Of a stretch of 64,000 nt of DNA, positions 19,900 through 29,641 are shown piece after piece. Below the pieces are notes generated by a model. The model saw nothing but the letters and a program-made list of their open reading frames with translations. It was not told the DNA's origin and made no database searches. Within the stretch, counting starts at the first letter, position 1; every line of letters starts with the position of its first letter. A program made the translations under genes and the position numbers. The stretch spans positions 672,001-736,000 of the forward strand of contig OY843751.1 in NCBI GenBank assembly GCA_963693055.1, written 5' to 3'. This DNA comes from a bacterium. GTDB lineage: Bacteria > Zhuqueibacterota > Zhuqueibacteria > Residuimicrobiales > Krinioviventaceae.

Positions 19900-22800
19900 A
19901 TGAATCAGTTTACTAGAATTATGATTTTTCTTTTTGTGGTAACCAGTGCTGCAAGTGCTTTACCCCTGCGATATGGATTTGTACTGTCAGATGAGGCAAC
20001 CGTTTATGCAGATTCCAGTTTAGATGCGGAGGTGCTTGAAACATTGCAGATGACAGACTATCGATATGTTGCCGGTGAAGCAGTTGATGATGAATACAAT
20101 TTTAATTTCAATGGTTGGGCCAAAATCTTAACCGCAGATAGTACCTGGGGGTGGATTGATTATCAAAATTTATTGATTTCCAGCATGTTGTCAGTTTTTG
20201 TTGCCAAAGATCAACCACTTTATGACCAATATGGCCCTGGCGCTGTGCCAATAGATTCAGTCTATTTAGATATGCAAATACAGATTTATGATGGTTTAGT
20301 AATTAATAATGAGTATTGGTTCAAAGTTAAATACTATAATAAAATGTACTGGTACAAATCAAAAGATTCAGTGCAGAATTATAACTTTTGGGGACACATG
20401 TTTGCTGCATGTGAGTATCTGTTATATGGACACAGCTCATCCGCACGAGAAGGATTTCTCGAACATCCGGATATTCGATATTGGTATGATGAGGCAGAAC
20501 AATTTGCATTGCAATTAAAATCTATGGTTGATCCATATGCTGGTGTCTTTATTTTGCCTATTAACGAAACTGAATCATGTTGGGTTGAATATGGTGCGGG
20601 AGCATTGTTAAATTATCAACTTGCAAGAATTTATAAAACAGAAGAACGCTGGCAAGATGCAATAAACATTCTTGAAGAATCGGTTTTAAAATATCCCCAC
20701 CAACAAATTGTATATTATAAAGCTGGACCAAGTGCGTGTCTGGATATGGCACGTATTTACAGAGACAAGTTGGATGATGAAGAGAAGGCACTTGAAAAAT
20801 GTCACTTTGTTATTCAAGAATATCATCAATGCAAAATGCAGGGACGGGAGGGTTATTATTATGCAGATGTGGCTGCTGCGGATTACATATATGATTTAAT
20901 TTATATGAAATCACCCGAGTATATTCAGGAACAAATAAATCAGATCGCCCGGGAAACCTTTAACCCTTCTGTGAGAATGATTGCACGCAAACTTGCCGTA
21001 TTGAAATATGCCATGGAAGGGAAATTAAGATCAGTTGGTAATGTTGCATATAATGCGGTTTTAGATTATCCTGATGAGCGAATACATTTGTATATAAAAG
21101 ATCAGCGTAATATTTCATCCGAAGTTGTCGAGTTAATGTTTTCTATATATCAAGACAGTCTAATGTATGATGAGTGTATTTATTGGGCGGATAAAATTAT
21201 TAAAGAAGCCTCTCATTATCCGGTAGCAGGTTTTTGTGCATTCAAGAAAGCAGAACTTTTGGATTATTTCAATCCTGATATAAAATATGTCAAAGATCTT
21301 TATAAAGCTGCTGTTGATAGTTTCCCAGAATTTTGGTTTACAAGTATGGTTTCAGATGTAGGTTATAATATTTATATGCCAAATTTGCGTTATAATGTAT
21401 TAAATGAATATGTGGATGTGAATGTAACTGCAACTGTACTGCTTGATAGTACGCTTGTCTATCAGATTCCCTATGATTCTACCACAGTGATGGGTGTTTT
21501 CTCAAAAGATGATGTCGTTACGCGTTTGTCTACTGATCTGCAAATGATTGATTATCATGATCATATTTATGTACGAAACCAGGAGCATGCTAAAATTTTA
21601 TTGCCAGACTCTACCGTTGGTTGGGTGCTCTCCCGCAATCTGTTTGTAGAAAACTTGGAATATAGTATGACTGACCGCAATGCAAAAACCTGGCGTATGA
21701 GCAAAGGCGATTCAGAGAACAATCTCTATTTTTCAGGACCGGATATTATAGATCCCGTGATTTCCGGTAATGTTTTTAATCAGTCCTTTTCTGATATTCG
21801 GTTTTATGATATGAATGATGATGGTGTGCTGGATTTTGTCTTTCAAGGCGTAAACGATACAGTTATTACAATCATTAACGGAACAACCCACAAGTCGATT
21901 AGTACAATTAGGTCAAATGTAAGGGAATCTTTTCCAGTTGTTGCGAATGAAAGAATAATTTATAAACGAGCAGAATATAACAGGAATACCGGAGAGTATG
22001 ATTATAATTTAAAATGTAGCGGAATCTATGAACGAAAGGAGCCCTGGGAGCTGGAATGCCTGGAGCTAGGCGCGCCTGTGGTGAAAGATAGCAGTATATA
22101 CTATATTTCCGCAGACAGTTCAATCGCTTGCGCCAATACGTCAAACGGTACTATTTTATGGCGATTTGAAAATTCTGGGGATACTCCGGTTGCTTTGGCG
22201 GTGAACAACAAGGCGTTGGTCATATCGAATAAGCGTTCTATTCAAGCGATAAATCCCAAAACAGGTGAAAAAATATGGAGCAAGAATACCAGTGAAAGCC
22301 TGGATGAACAAATTCCTGTTTTGGATAATGACAATTTATATTGTATGATCGATAAAAAGACATTTGCTGCCATTGATCTTGAAAATGGAGAACTAGAATG
22401 GACTTCGAGTAATGGTAATTCCAGTTACTTTAATTTTCAACCTATTGTTACGCCGGATTATATAGTATACATGCAATACAAAGACGCTTATATCGTATTG
22501 GACAAGTATACCGGCAAACGCATCTATTCAAATTTGTTTGACAAAATTGTTGATTCGTATTGTGTGGGCGGAAATACGATATATGTCCAGTTCAAAAGTA
22601 AAAATGATTTTTACGATCCAAATTTTGAACCCAATCTATATGCCTTTAATCTGACTACTGGTAAAGAACAATGGCGCAGATATTTCAGTAATGACGCGCA
22701 TATTGTTTATCAGGCGGGCAAGCTGTTTATCTCGGGTGAGAGCGGGGTTGTGATTGTTGAAGATGGTGAAACGCTGAAAGCCCCAGCGGACAAAGGATTC

Positions 22801-23070
22801 ACATTGTACCCCAATTATCCCAATCCTTTTAATATGCGCACGGTTATTCAATATGTGCTGTACAAAGACAGCCAGGTTAATGTGGATGTATTTAATATAC
22901 TGGGGCAAAAAGTAGCTTCGATTGTAGATGAAAAACAGCTCAAAGGGGTGTATCAAGCCTCCTGGAACGGGCGTACGGAGACAGGCCAACCGGTGAGCAG
23001 CGGTGTATACCTGTGCCGGATAAACGTCGGGGGAGAGGTTGAAACCCGAACCATGATGTTGTTAAAATAA
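19900..23070 (+). CDS. Large secreted multidomain protein: SH3-like, TPR-like helical region, SH3-like, PQQ-type beta-propeller, T9SS-like CTD
   Basis: Two SH3b-like ends ('WAKILTADSTWGWI', 'AKILLPDSTVGWV'), repeated 'A.N..TGE..W' PQQ blades, 'NYPNPFNM...SSGVYLC...MMLLK'. Confidence 0.8.
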   Translation: MNQFTRIMIFLFVVTSAASALPLRYGFVLSDEATVYADSSLDAEVLETLQMTDYRYVAGEAVDDEYNFNFNGWAKILTADSTWGWIDYQNLLISSMLSVFVAKDQPLYDQYGPGAVPIDSVYLDMQIQIYDGLVINNEYWFKVKYYNKMYWYKSKDSVQNYNFWGHMFAACEYLLYGHSSSAREGFLEHPDIRYWYDEAEQFALQLKSMVDPYAGVFILPINETESCWVEYGAGALLNYQLARIYKTEERWQDAINILEESVLKYPHQQIVYYKAGPSACLDMARIYRDKLDDEEKALEKCHFVIQEYHQCKMQGREGYYYADVAAADYIYDLIYMKSPEYIQEQINQIARETFNPSVRMIARKLAVLKYAMEGKLRSVGNVAYNAVLDYPDERIHLYIKDQRNISSEVVELMFSIYQDSLMYDECIYWADKIIKEASHYPVAGFCAFKKAELLDYFNPDIKYVKDLYKAAVDSFPEFWFTSMVSDVGYNIYMPNLRYNVLNEYVDVNVTATVLLDSTLVYQIPYDSTTVMGVFSKDDVVTRLSTDLQMIDYHDHIYVRNQEHAKILLPDSTVGWVLSRNLFVENLEYSMTDRNAKTWRMSKGDSENNLYFSGPDIIDPVISGNVFNQSFSDIRFYDMNDDGVLDFVFQGVNDTVITIINGTTHKSISTIRSNVRESFPVVANERIIYKRAEYNRNTGEYDYNLKCSGIYERKEPWELECLELGAPVVKDSSIYYISADSSIACANTSNGTILWRFENSGDTPVALAVNNKALVISNKRSIQAINPKTGEKIWSKNTSESLDEQIPVLDNDNLYCMIDKKTFAAIDLENGELEWTSSNGNSSYFNFQPIVTPDYIVYMQYKDAYIVLDKYTGKRIYSNLFDKIVDSYCVGGNTIYVQFKSKNDFYDPNFEPNLYAFNLTTGKEQWRRYFSNDAHIVYQAGKLFISGESGVVIVEDGETLKAPADKGFTLYPNYPNPFNMRTVIQYVLYKDSQVNVDVFNILGQKVASIVDEKQLKGVYQASWNGRTETGQPVSSGVYLCRINVGGEVETRTMMLLK

Positions 23071-23104
23071 AACGTGCAATTGCAAAGGATGGGTAAAGGA
23101 TTTT

Positions 23105-25060
23105 ATGGGACCGTTTAAGGGGCTGTTGAAGGTTGTTTTGCTGTTGTTATTGATTTGTTGTGTTGATTCTGGTTTTGGACAATTGTTATTTCATGGCCTG
23201 GGGTATATACCTGAAACTCAACGGGTGGACTGGAGTTCTGCAGGGCTTGTTTCAAACGTGCACCGTGTAGCGGATCATGTCTTTGATGTAACACAAGAGC
23301 CCGGTGAAACACTGTATCAACAGTTTTATTCCGCATTAGACAAGGCTAGAACATATTCCGCATTACCTTTTAATGAAATGTCGGTAATCTATTTCCCTGG
23401 TGGTGAATATTTTTTAGATTTTCCTATAAATTTTTCATATGGTGACAGTAATATTGTCATTCAGGGAGACGGCGCCGGGGGAGAGAATCCAACTGTTTTA
23501 AAGTTTCAGGTAGGTAAAGATAAGAATTGTATTGTAGCCAGAGGTTATCCGGTTGGAGATGCCGTTCAACTGAATGCGGACATACCCAAGAATACCCATA
23601 TGTTATGCCTTGGCCAGGAAAGTCCCATAGGGCTTCAAAGGGATGACTGGCTAATGTTTTGGGAAGAAGCATTGCCCGAGGCTGCCGGATATTCAATTGG
23701 TCAGGTAGAGCAAGTCTGTTCAGTATCTTTAAATCAAATAAAATTAAAAGAGAGCGCTTCAAAAGACTATTCAATATCTAACAGAATTTGGGTTCAGCAA
23801 ATCAGACCGGTTAAAAATATTGGTATAGAAAATTTCAAAATTGTGCGTTTGGATGAAGAAAAATCAACAGAAAATTTATATGATAAAGGGTCTAATGTAT
23901 TTTTGCTCAATGCGGTTAATTGCTGGGTTTGCGGTGTTGAATTTGAGCAGACTTGCAGACACCACATTTTTGCTATTTACTGTTCTCATATTGAGGTCAG
24001 TGGCTGCTATTTTCACGAGTCCCGTTGCTATGGCGGCAATTCTTATGGTTATGGTGTGATTCTGGCAAACAACAGTACCCATTGTCTCGTTGAAAATAAT
24101 ATTTTTCAGAAATTGCGACATGCCATGTCTTTGTCTGTTGGGGCCAATTGTAATGTTGTAGCATTTAATTATTCTACGGATCAGTATTCTACTATGGCTT
24201 TGGGCGGGAGTGAAATCCCGTACCCTGATTCAGATATTTGTATTCACGGTCGTTATTCTTTTGCCAATTTGTACGAGTATAACCGGGTCGTGTTTATTGA
24301 AGCAGATGATGTGCATGGCAACAATGGACCGTTTAACGTGTTTTTGCGCAATATGGCGCAGTTTCAACTGGTTCTGTGCAATACTCCCGAAGCGGGGGTA
24401 ATGGGCTGCGTTATTCCATCGGTCACTCCGTATGGCTCTACCAGTTTCAGCCGCTTATGCTATGCTCAAAATTTTTGTTGCCTTGCAGATTCTGTTTGCT
24501 GGATATCTCATGGCGAGATTTTAAATGACTCCTTGGAGCATTGTGCCGTGCTTAAGGATGTGTCGTATTATTACAGTGAGCGACCTGATTTTTTTGGACC
24601 GGAATGTGATTGGCCAACCATAGGCCCGGCTGCCTATAGAGGGGGACAATGTGGGGATAACGAAATACCTGCGTACACGCGTTCTGATCAATCATGCAAA
24701 ACATTTATTGAAAATACAACAAGTGTTGAGGGATGGACTCCCTCAACTGGGATTAATGAAACGGATTATGCACAATCGAGTTCGGATTTTACGCTTCAGG
24801 ATTGCTATCCCAATCCCTTTAATATGAACACAGTAATCTCATACACGCTGCACAGGGATATGCATGTTAAAGTGGATGTATATAATGTACTGGGACAAAA
24901 AATAGTTTCGCTTGTTGATGAAAATCAAGTCAAAGGGAAGTATCAAACATTATGGGACGGCTGCACAGATACAGGCCAGCCAGTGGGCAGTGGAGTGTAC
25001 CTTTGCCGGATAGCGGTTGCGGGCGAGGTGGAAACCCGGACCATGATGTTGTTAAAGTGA
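23105..25060 (+). CDS. Secreted right-handed beta-helix (pectate-lyase-fold) protein with T9SS-like CTD
   Basis: 'VDWSSAG', 'VIYFPGGEY', 'IVIQGDG', 'GYGV', 'LVENNIF..LRHAM', 'HG.Y...NL.E.N', 'YPNPFN'. Confidence 0.8.
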   Translation: MGPFKGLLKVVLLLLLICCVDSGFGQLLFHGLGYIPETQRVDWSSAGLVSNVHRVADHVFDVTQEPGETLYQQFYSALDKARTYSALPFNEMSVIYFPGGEYFLDFPINFSYGDSNIVIQGDGAGGENPTVLKFQVGKDKNCIVARGYPVGDAVQLNADIPKNTHMLCLGQESPIGLQRDDWLMFWEEALPEAAGYSIGQVEQVCSVSLNQIKLKESASKDYSISNRIWVQQIRPVKNIGIENFKIVRLDEEKSTENLYDKGSNVFLLNAVNCWVCGVEFEQTCRHHIFAIYCSHIEVSGCYFHESRCYGGNSYGYGVILANNSTHCLVENNIFQKLRHAMSLSVGANCNVVAFNYSTDQYSTMALGGSEIPYPDSDICIHGRYSFANLYEYNRVVFIEADDVHGNNGPFNVFLRNMAQFQLVLCNTPEAGVMGCVIPSVTPYGSTSFSRLCYAQNFCCLADSVCWISHGEILNDSLEHCAVLKDVSYYYSERPDFFGPECDWPTIGPAAYRGGQCGDNEIPAYTRSDQSCKTFIENTTSVEGWTPSTGINETDYAQSSSDFTLQDCYPNPFNMNTVISYTLHRDMHVKVDVYNVLGQKIVSLVDENQVKGKYQTLWDGCTDTGQPVGSGVYLCRIAVAGEVETRTMMLLK

Positions 25061-25062
25061 TG

Positions 25063-26469
25063 CTACCCTTTATTCAACGTATGCATCTTGGCATTCACGG
25101 ATTTTAGCCAGTCGTCCAGTTTTTTATAAAGTTCTTGCACTATTTCCGGCATTTGTTCGGACAGGTCGTGCTGCTCGCTGAGGTCATTTGACAGATCATA
25201 AAGCTCGGTTTTTACGGGATCGTAAAAACGGACGAGTTTGAATTGTCCATCACGCACTGCCGCGGAGGGCTGCTTGGCCTGGGGACTGTAATGGGGATAG
25301 TACCAGTATAATTCACGTTCCGCAAGTGGTTTTTTGCCAGTCAGCACGGATTTCAAACTTTTACCTTCAACACCTTGAGGCATGTGTGAGTTGTGAACAA
25401 TGTCAGCGATTGTGGGGAGAATGTCGTGGCTGATGACCGGGGTGTCACTTTTGCTGCCGGGTTGGGTTTTGCCCGGCCATTTAACGATCATGGGCACACG
25501 GATGCCACCCTCGTATAGAAATCCTTTTCCGGCGCGCAGGGGAGTGTTATTGGTGACCGTTGCCAGTCCGCCATTGTCGCTTACCAGAATAACCAGTGTG
25601 TTATTGTCAATCTCCTTTTCTTGCAGAAATGCCATCAATCGCCCCACATTGGTATCCACTTTTTCTACCATGGCAGCATAGACAGCGTTTTTCTGAGATT
25701 TATCGTGCTCCAGCTTTTTTTCATATTTTGCAATCAGCTCCTGCGGTGCCTGAAGCGGCGTATGCACGGCATAGTAGGGGAGATAGACGAAAAAGGGTTG
25801 CTCGCCGGATTCCCGCATTAAGTTGATGGCTTTGTCTGTTAAGCGGTCTGTAAGATACTCGCCCGACTTGCCGCCATGCAGTGTGGGGATGCCGGGGTTC
25901 CATTCTTTATCCGGATCGGTATAGGGCCAAAAATATCCCGGGGGACTGCCATGGTTATAGCCTGCAATGTTGACGTCGAATCCCTGTGCAGTGGGATAAT
26001 ATTTCTCCTCATCACCCACATGCCATTTACCGATGCTGGCACTGCGGTAACCGGCAGGTTTTAGCGCTTCGGCAATGGTGGTTTCTTCCAATCGGATGTG
26101 CATCCGATCGTCCGGCGGGATGATTCGTGAGTTCTCGGGGTGACGGTGTCTGCCAATGGCTGTAATATGTCCGGTAAACTGTAACTTTGCCGGACTCTTG
26201 CCTGTGAGCAGGGCCGCGCGAGTGGGTGAGCAAACCGGACAAGAAGCGTAGGCATTGGTAAAACGCATGCCCTGGCTTGCGAGACGGTCAACATTGGGTG
26301 TTTCGTAAAACGAACTGCCATAACAGCCCAGATCTGTCCATCCGAGATCGTCCACTACAATCAGCAGGATGTTGGGGTTCGTCTGCTTTTTTGTGCAGGC
26401 TGTCAATCCAACTGTGGATATTGCAGCGGTTCCTATTGTCAGAGATTTGAGAAATGTACGACGTTTCAT
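25063..26469 (-). CDS. Formylglycine-dependent sulfatase (S1), Tat-lipoprotein
   Basis: 'MKRRTFLK...LTAC', 'PNILLIVVDDLG', 'CSPTRAALLTG', 'GKWH', 'AVHTP', 'SDNGG', 'YEGGIRVP'. Confidence 0.95.
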   Translation of the reverse strand: MKRRTFLKSLTIGTAAISTVGLTACTKKQTNPNILLIVVDDLGWTDLGCYGSSFYETPNVDRLASQGMRFTNAYASCPVCSPTRAALLTGKSPAKLQFTGHITAIGRHRHPENSRIIPPDDRMHIRLEETTIAEALKPAGYRSASIGKWHVGDEEKYYPTAQGFDVNIAGYNHGSPPGYFWPYTDPDKEWNPGIPTLHGGKSGEYLTDRLTDKAINLMRESGEQPFFVYLPYYAVHTPLQAPQELIAKYEKKLEHDKSQKNAVYAAMVEKVDTNVGRLMAFLQEKEIDNNTLVILVSDNGGLATVTNNTPLRAGKGFLYEGGIRVPMIVKWPGKTQPGSKSDTPVISHDILPTIADIVHNSHMPQGVEGKSLKSVLTGKKPLAERELYWYYPHYSPQAKQPSAAVRDGQFKLVRFYDPVKTELYDLSNDLSEQHDLSEQMPEIVQELYKKLDDWLKSVNAKMHTLNKG

Positions 26470-26477
26470 GCAAGAAC

Positions 26478-27152
26478 TCAAAAATGAGCAGTGATCAGGT
26501 TTATTGAAAGCGTGTTATTGTTTAATTTAAAAAATGTTTGTTCATTATCAATCATGATTTTTGGAATGCCAAGGCATATTTTGTCTTTTTCAATGTTTAG
26601 CATACCCCATGTGTCATCATCATTTTCTACTTTTATCTTGTCCGATAGATTATAACCTATAATTGAACCGGCTGTTGTGGTTGCAAAAGTGAACATTATT
26701 TGAACAAGCGCTGCTATGCCAAAGACATTATTTTCATTATTGTGGAATAAAAGCGTACCCACTCCTAATCCTACGGTGCTTCCCAGAAATGTTGCTGTTA
26801 ATGAGCCGTTGTGTCCTTTTAGTTTGCTGATTAGATAAACGCCCAAGGTGCTACCTACTGTATAACCACCCAAATATGACCATAAAACAGTCTTGGTTTC
26901 TCCCTCTTTGGGATTAACAGCAAGACAAGTCGCATAACCCATACCTAGGCCTGCCATAGTACTGAATCTATATTGCCATGTAAAAAGGCTTGGTTCATTA
27001 TATTTGACTGAAATGAATTTTGCACTTTGTTCAAGCGTAGAGGCTGCTACATAAACGTTCTCCATAGATAACTCTGGATTCTTAAATTCCAACGATTGTC
27101 CAAATACTGCGATGCTTGTAAGTATTAATAAACTGATGATGCGGATTATCAT
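26478..27152 (-). CDS. Hypothetical exported/membrane protein with Gly-rich hydrophobic segments
   Basis: Signal peptide, glycine-zipper-like helices, C-terminal F. Confidence 0.65.
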   Translation of the reverse strand: MIIRIISLLILTSIAVFGQSLEFKNPELSMENVYVAASTLEQSAKFISVKYNEPSLFTWQYRFSTMAGLGMGYATCLAVNPKEGETKTVLWSYLGGYTVGSTLGVYLISKLKGHNGSLTATFLGSTVGLGVGTLLFHNNENNVFGIAALVQIMFTFATTTAGSIIGYNLSDKIKVENDDDTWGMLNIEKDKICLGIPKIMIDNEQTFFKLNNNTLSINLITAHF

Positions 27153-27164
27153 AACTTCTCCTTA

Positions 27165-28199
27165 TTAATATATATGATAACTGCAATTTAAAATAAACCT
27201 GTTTATGCCATGGTTTGTAAGCTTTGTAACTGTTTTTTGATCAAAATCCATTTTGAAAAACGCCCCTTCATCATTACCAACTGATCCCTGGTAATAAAAC
27301 GCGTTATCGTCTGTCATAAAAAGGGAAAGAGCATAGCGATATTCACCCCTGTCAACCGTGCTCACAAAAGTATCGTTTTGATATAAACTGAAATTTTTAT
27401 AATTGTCAGCATTTGTATAAATCGCATTATTGCTATTTTGATATAGCAACTGGCGATCAGCGTCCGAATTGTTATGATATGAATAGGTGTTGTCTGTCAG
27501 GTTATATGAGATATGGCCCCCATTTTGCAGTTTCAGGATCAGCGTATTGTCCAGGTAAAAAGGGGGCTGCCAGGAAGATATTTCGCTTTCCGCTGATATA
27601 GTGTTCCATGTATCGGTAGCAATGTCGTAAACTCCAAATTCATAAATATTATAATAAAATAAACGTGACTTTTCATTCAAGGCATAATAATAGAATAAAT
27701 GTGGTGATTCTCTTTCTATTTGTACATTTCCTTGTGTATCCAGGATAGTGAATAAGGTCTTGTTGTCTTTGTATTTTGATACAATGATTGTATTGTTGTC
27801 AAGCCAGTTGAGCGCAACAATGCTAGAGCTATCAGTAAAAATCTCTCGGGTACTTTTTCCACAATCGTCAGAGATTGATATGACAGGGTTATCGGTTTGT
27901 ACGTAACCAAACCATGGGTGTAACAATGCATTCTTTAAATAAGCGATTGTTTGTCCATTGGGACTTGCACAAATCATAGACCTGAAAACGTCATCATCAA
28001 ATAGCGGATTTGACTCACCATTATTGTAGAGATAAAGCTGTGTTGCAGAACCACCGTTTTCTGTTTCGTAAAGTATTGTGTAATAAATCGCAATGCCATC
28101 CAATTGGCTGGTATTGATCAAGTCAGGTGAGGTTGGGTTCTTTTCGCATGCTAAAAATAAAATGATTATGGATGGAAAAACAAATATTATTTTTTTCAT
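27165..28199 (-). CDS. Hypothetical lipoprotein, probable TolB-like beta-propeller
   Basis: Lipobox FLAC-EKNPT, 'SPNGQTIAY', 'KLTN'. Confidence 0.65.
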   Translation of the reverse strand: MKKIIFVFPSIIILFLACEKNPTSPDLINTSQLDGIAIYYTILYETENGGSATQLYLYNNGESNPLFDDDVFRSMICASPNGQTIAYLKNALLHPWFGYVQTDNPVISISDDCGKSTREIFTDSSSIVALNWLDNNTIIVSKYKDNKTLFTILDTQGNVQIERESPHLFYYYALNEKSRLFYYNIYEFGVYDIATDTWNTISAESEISSWQPPFYLDNTLILKLQNGGHISYNLTDNTYSYHNNSDADRQLLYQNSNNAIYTNADNYKNFSLYQNDTFVSTVDRGEYRYALSLFMTDDNAFYYQGSVGNDEGAFFKMDFDQKTVTKLTNHGINRFILNCSYHIY

Positions 28200-28290
28200 A
28201 ATACCCCCTTGAGCGTATTCGTGAGAGTTTCCGTTGTTATTATGAAGGATTTGTTATTATTCTACCCTGTATCCTGTAAAAGGTTCAGTT

Positions 28291-29118
28291 TTAATGTTCA
28301 ATCTTTTTGTTTAAAATAATCTCTGCAACTAGATTGGGGCGTGTTTGGGCTCGACTTGCAAGGGTGCGCAGATTATCATTTGCTGATGCTGTTATGCCGC
28401 CAGATTTTAACCGGTCAAGTCCGGTTTGCACATCAATTCCCGCTTCATTGCACACCTGGGCAACGGATTTTTGTCCCCAACCGGCGCCTTGACCGCTTGC
28501 ATTGGATTGCTGCTTTGCCTGGGTTGCTCTGTAAATATCGGCAGGAGAGATGTTGTTGTTTTGGGCGATGGTTTTGATCGTTTGTTCTGGAGAGAATTTC
28601 CAGTTGTGCCGCTGCATGCTCTGTTCAAAGCGTTCAATGTCCAGATTGATTTGTTTACAGAATTCCGTAACTGTCATCTCTTCGGCATGGGGAATGGGGG
28701 GCTGGTTTTCAGCTTCGTATGCCCAATAGTCTTTTATGTCTGTATTCCAACGGATAATTGTAGCAAAGGGTTGGATGTCGGCAACTGAAGCCCAGATAAT
28801 AAAAAGTGAAAAAACAAGAGCAAGCGCAAGCTCTAGTTTTAGGTTCATGGCTTTTTTAAATCTGCTGTAAATGTAGCCGGTAATGGCCCGCCAGTTGTAG
28901 TAAATATGAAATACAGCTATAATAAAAAAGATCAAAGATGAATTGATATGCAAAGCACCCCATGTTTCTTTATCGAGGCCCCAATATGTCCAGTTGGTCC
29001 AGTGTGCGATTTTACCTTGGGGAGTGAAATAGAGAACAATACCCGATATGAGGGAGATGATAAAACTGAATGTGTTTAACAGCGAAACAAAACCGCGGAA
29101 CCTGAAGTTCTTTTTCAT
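28291..29118 (-). CDS. DUF4405 domain membrane protein with C-terminal helical repeats
   Basis: 'ISGIVLYFTP', 'W..LH', 'FHIYYNW' (two TM His), repeated 'T/SV.E.C' modules. Confidence 0.8.
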   Translation of the reverse strand: MKKNFRFRGFVSLLNTFSFIISLISGIVLYFTPQGKIAHWTNWTYWGLDKETWGALHINSSLIFFIIAVFHIYYNWRAITGYIYSRFKKAMNLKLELALALVFSLFIIWASVADIQPFATIIRWNTDIKDYWAYEAENQPPIPHAEEMTVTEFCKQINLDIERFEQSMQRHNWKFSPEQTIKTIAQNNNISPADIYRATQAKQQSNASGQGAGWGQKSVAQVCNEAGIDVQTGLDRLKSGGITASANDNLRTLASRAQTRPNLVAEIILNKKIEH

Positions 29119-29170
29119 ATGTATTTCCTTAAAAAACTATTCAAATTTTAATTAATTTAAGAAATTTGGG

Positions 29171-29228
29171 AATAAGAACAAAATAGTATCTGTTGAATGG
29201 TTTAAATGAGACTAAAATGGTCCTATTT
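29171..29228. promoter_or_regulatory. Two candidate Rrf2 (IscR/SufR-type) operator sites
   Basis: aataagaacaaaatagtatctgtt (29171-29194) and aatgagactaaaatggtcctattt (29205-29228) resemble each other. The second is pseudo-palindromic (gact-aaaat-ggtc). Both lie directly upstream of the Rrf2 gene. Confidence 0.6.
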
Positions 29229-29237
29229 GAGAGAAAG

Positions 29238-29639
29238 ATGTTTAAACTAAGTAAAAAGACAGAATACGGCCTGCTGGCCCTACAGTATTTGGCTGATAGA
29301 CCCGAAAATGTAGCAACGGTAAGAGAGATTGCAGAATTTCACAATGTTTCTAAAACTTTGCTTGCAAAAGTACTGCAAATGCTTGCAAAGAAAAATATAG
29401 TCGAATCGGTTCAAGGTGCGCAAGGCGGTTATGTCATTGCTGATAATATAGATAATATTACCATAGCGCGAATCTTGGAGGCCATTGACGGTCCTATTCA
29501 CATAACGGACTGTTATGATAAAGAATCCGGTTGTGAGCGTACCAGCGATTGCACGTTAAAACATCGTTTTGTACCCATACAAAAAGGAATTATGCAGCAA
29601 TTGAGCAGTATGTCACTCGCGCAGTTTTTTAAGGAGTAA
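29238..29639 (+). CDS. Rrf2 family Fe-S cluster assembly regulator (IscR-like)
   Basis: 'LSKKTEYG', 'LAKVLQML', 'SVQGAQGGY', three Cys (DC...C.....C). First gene of the suf operon. Confidence 0.92.
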   Translation: MFKLSKKTEYGLLALQYLADRPENVATVREIAEFHNVSKTLLAKVLQMLAKKNIVESVQGAQGGYVIADNIDNITIARILEAIDGPIHITDCYDKESGCERTSDCTLKHRFVPIQKGIMQQLSSMSLAQFFKE

Positions 29640-29641
29640 TT

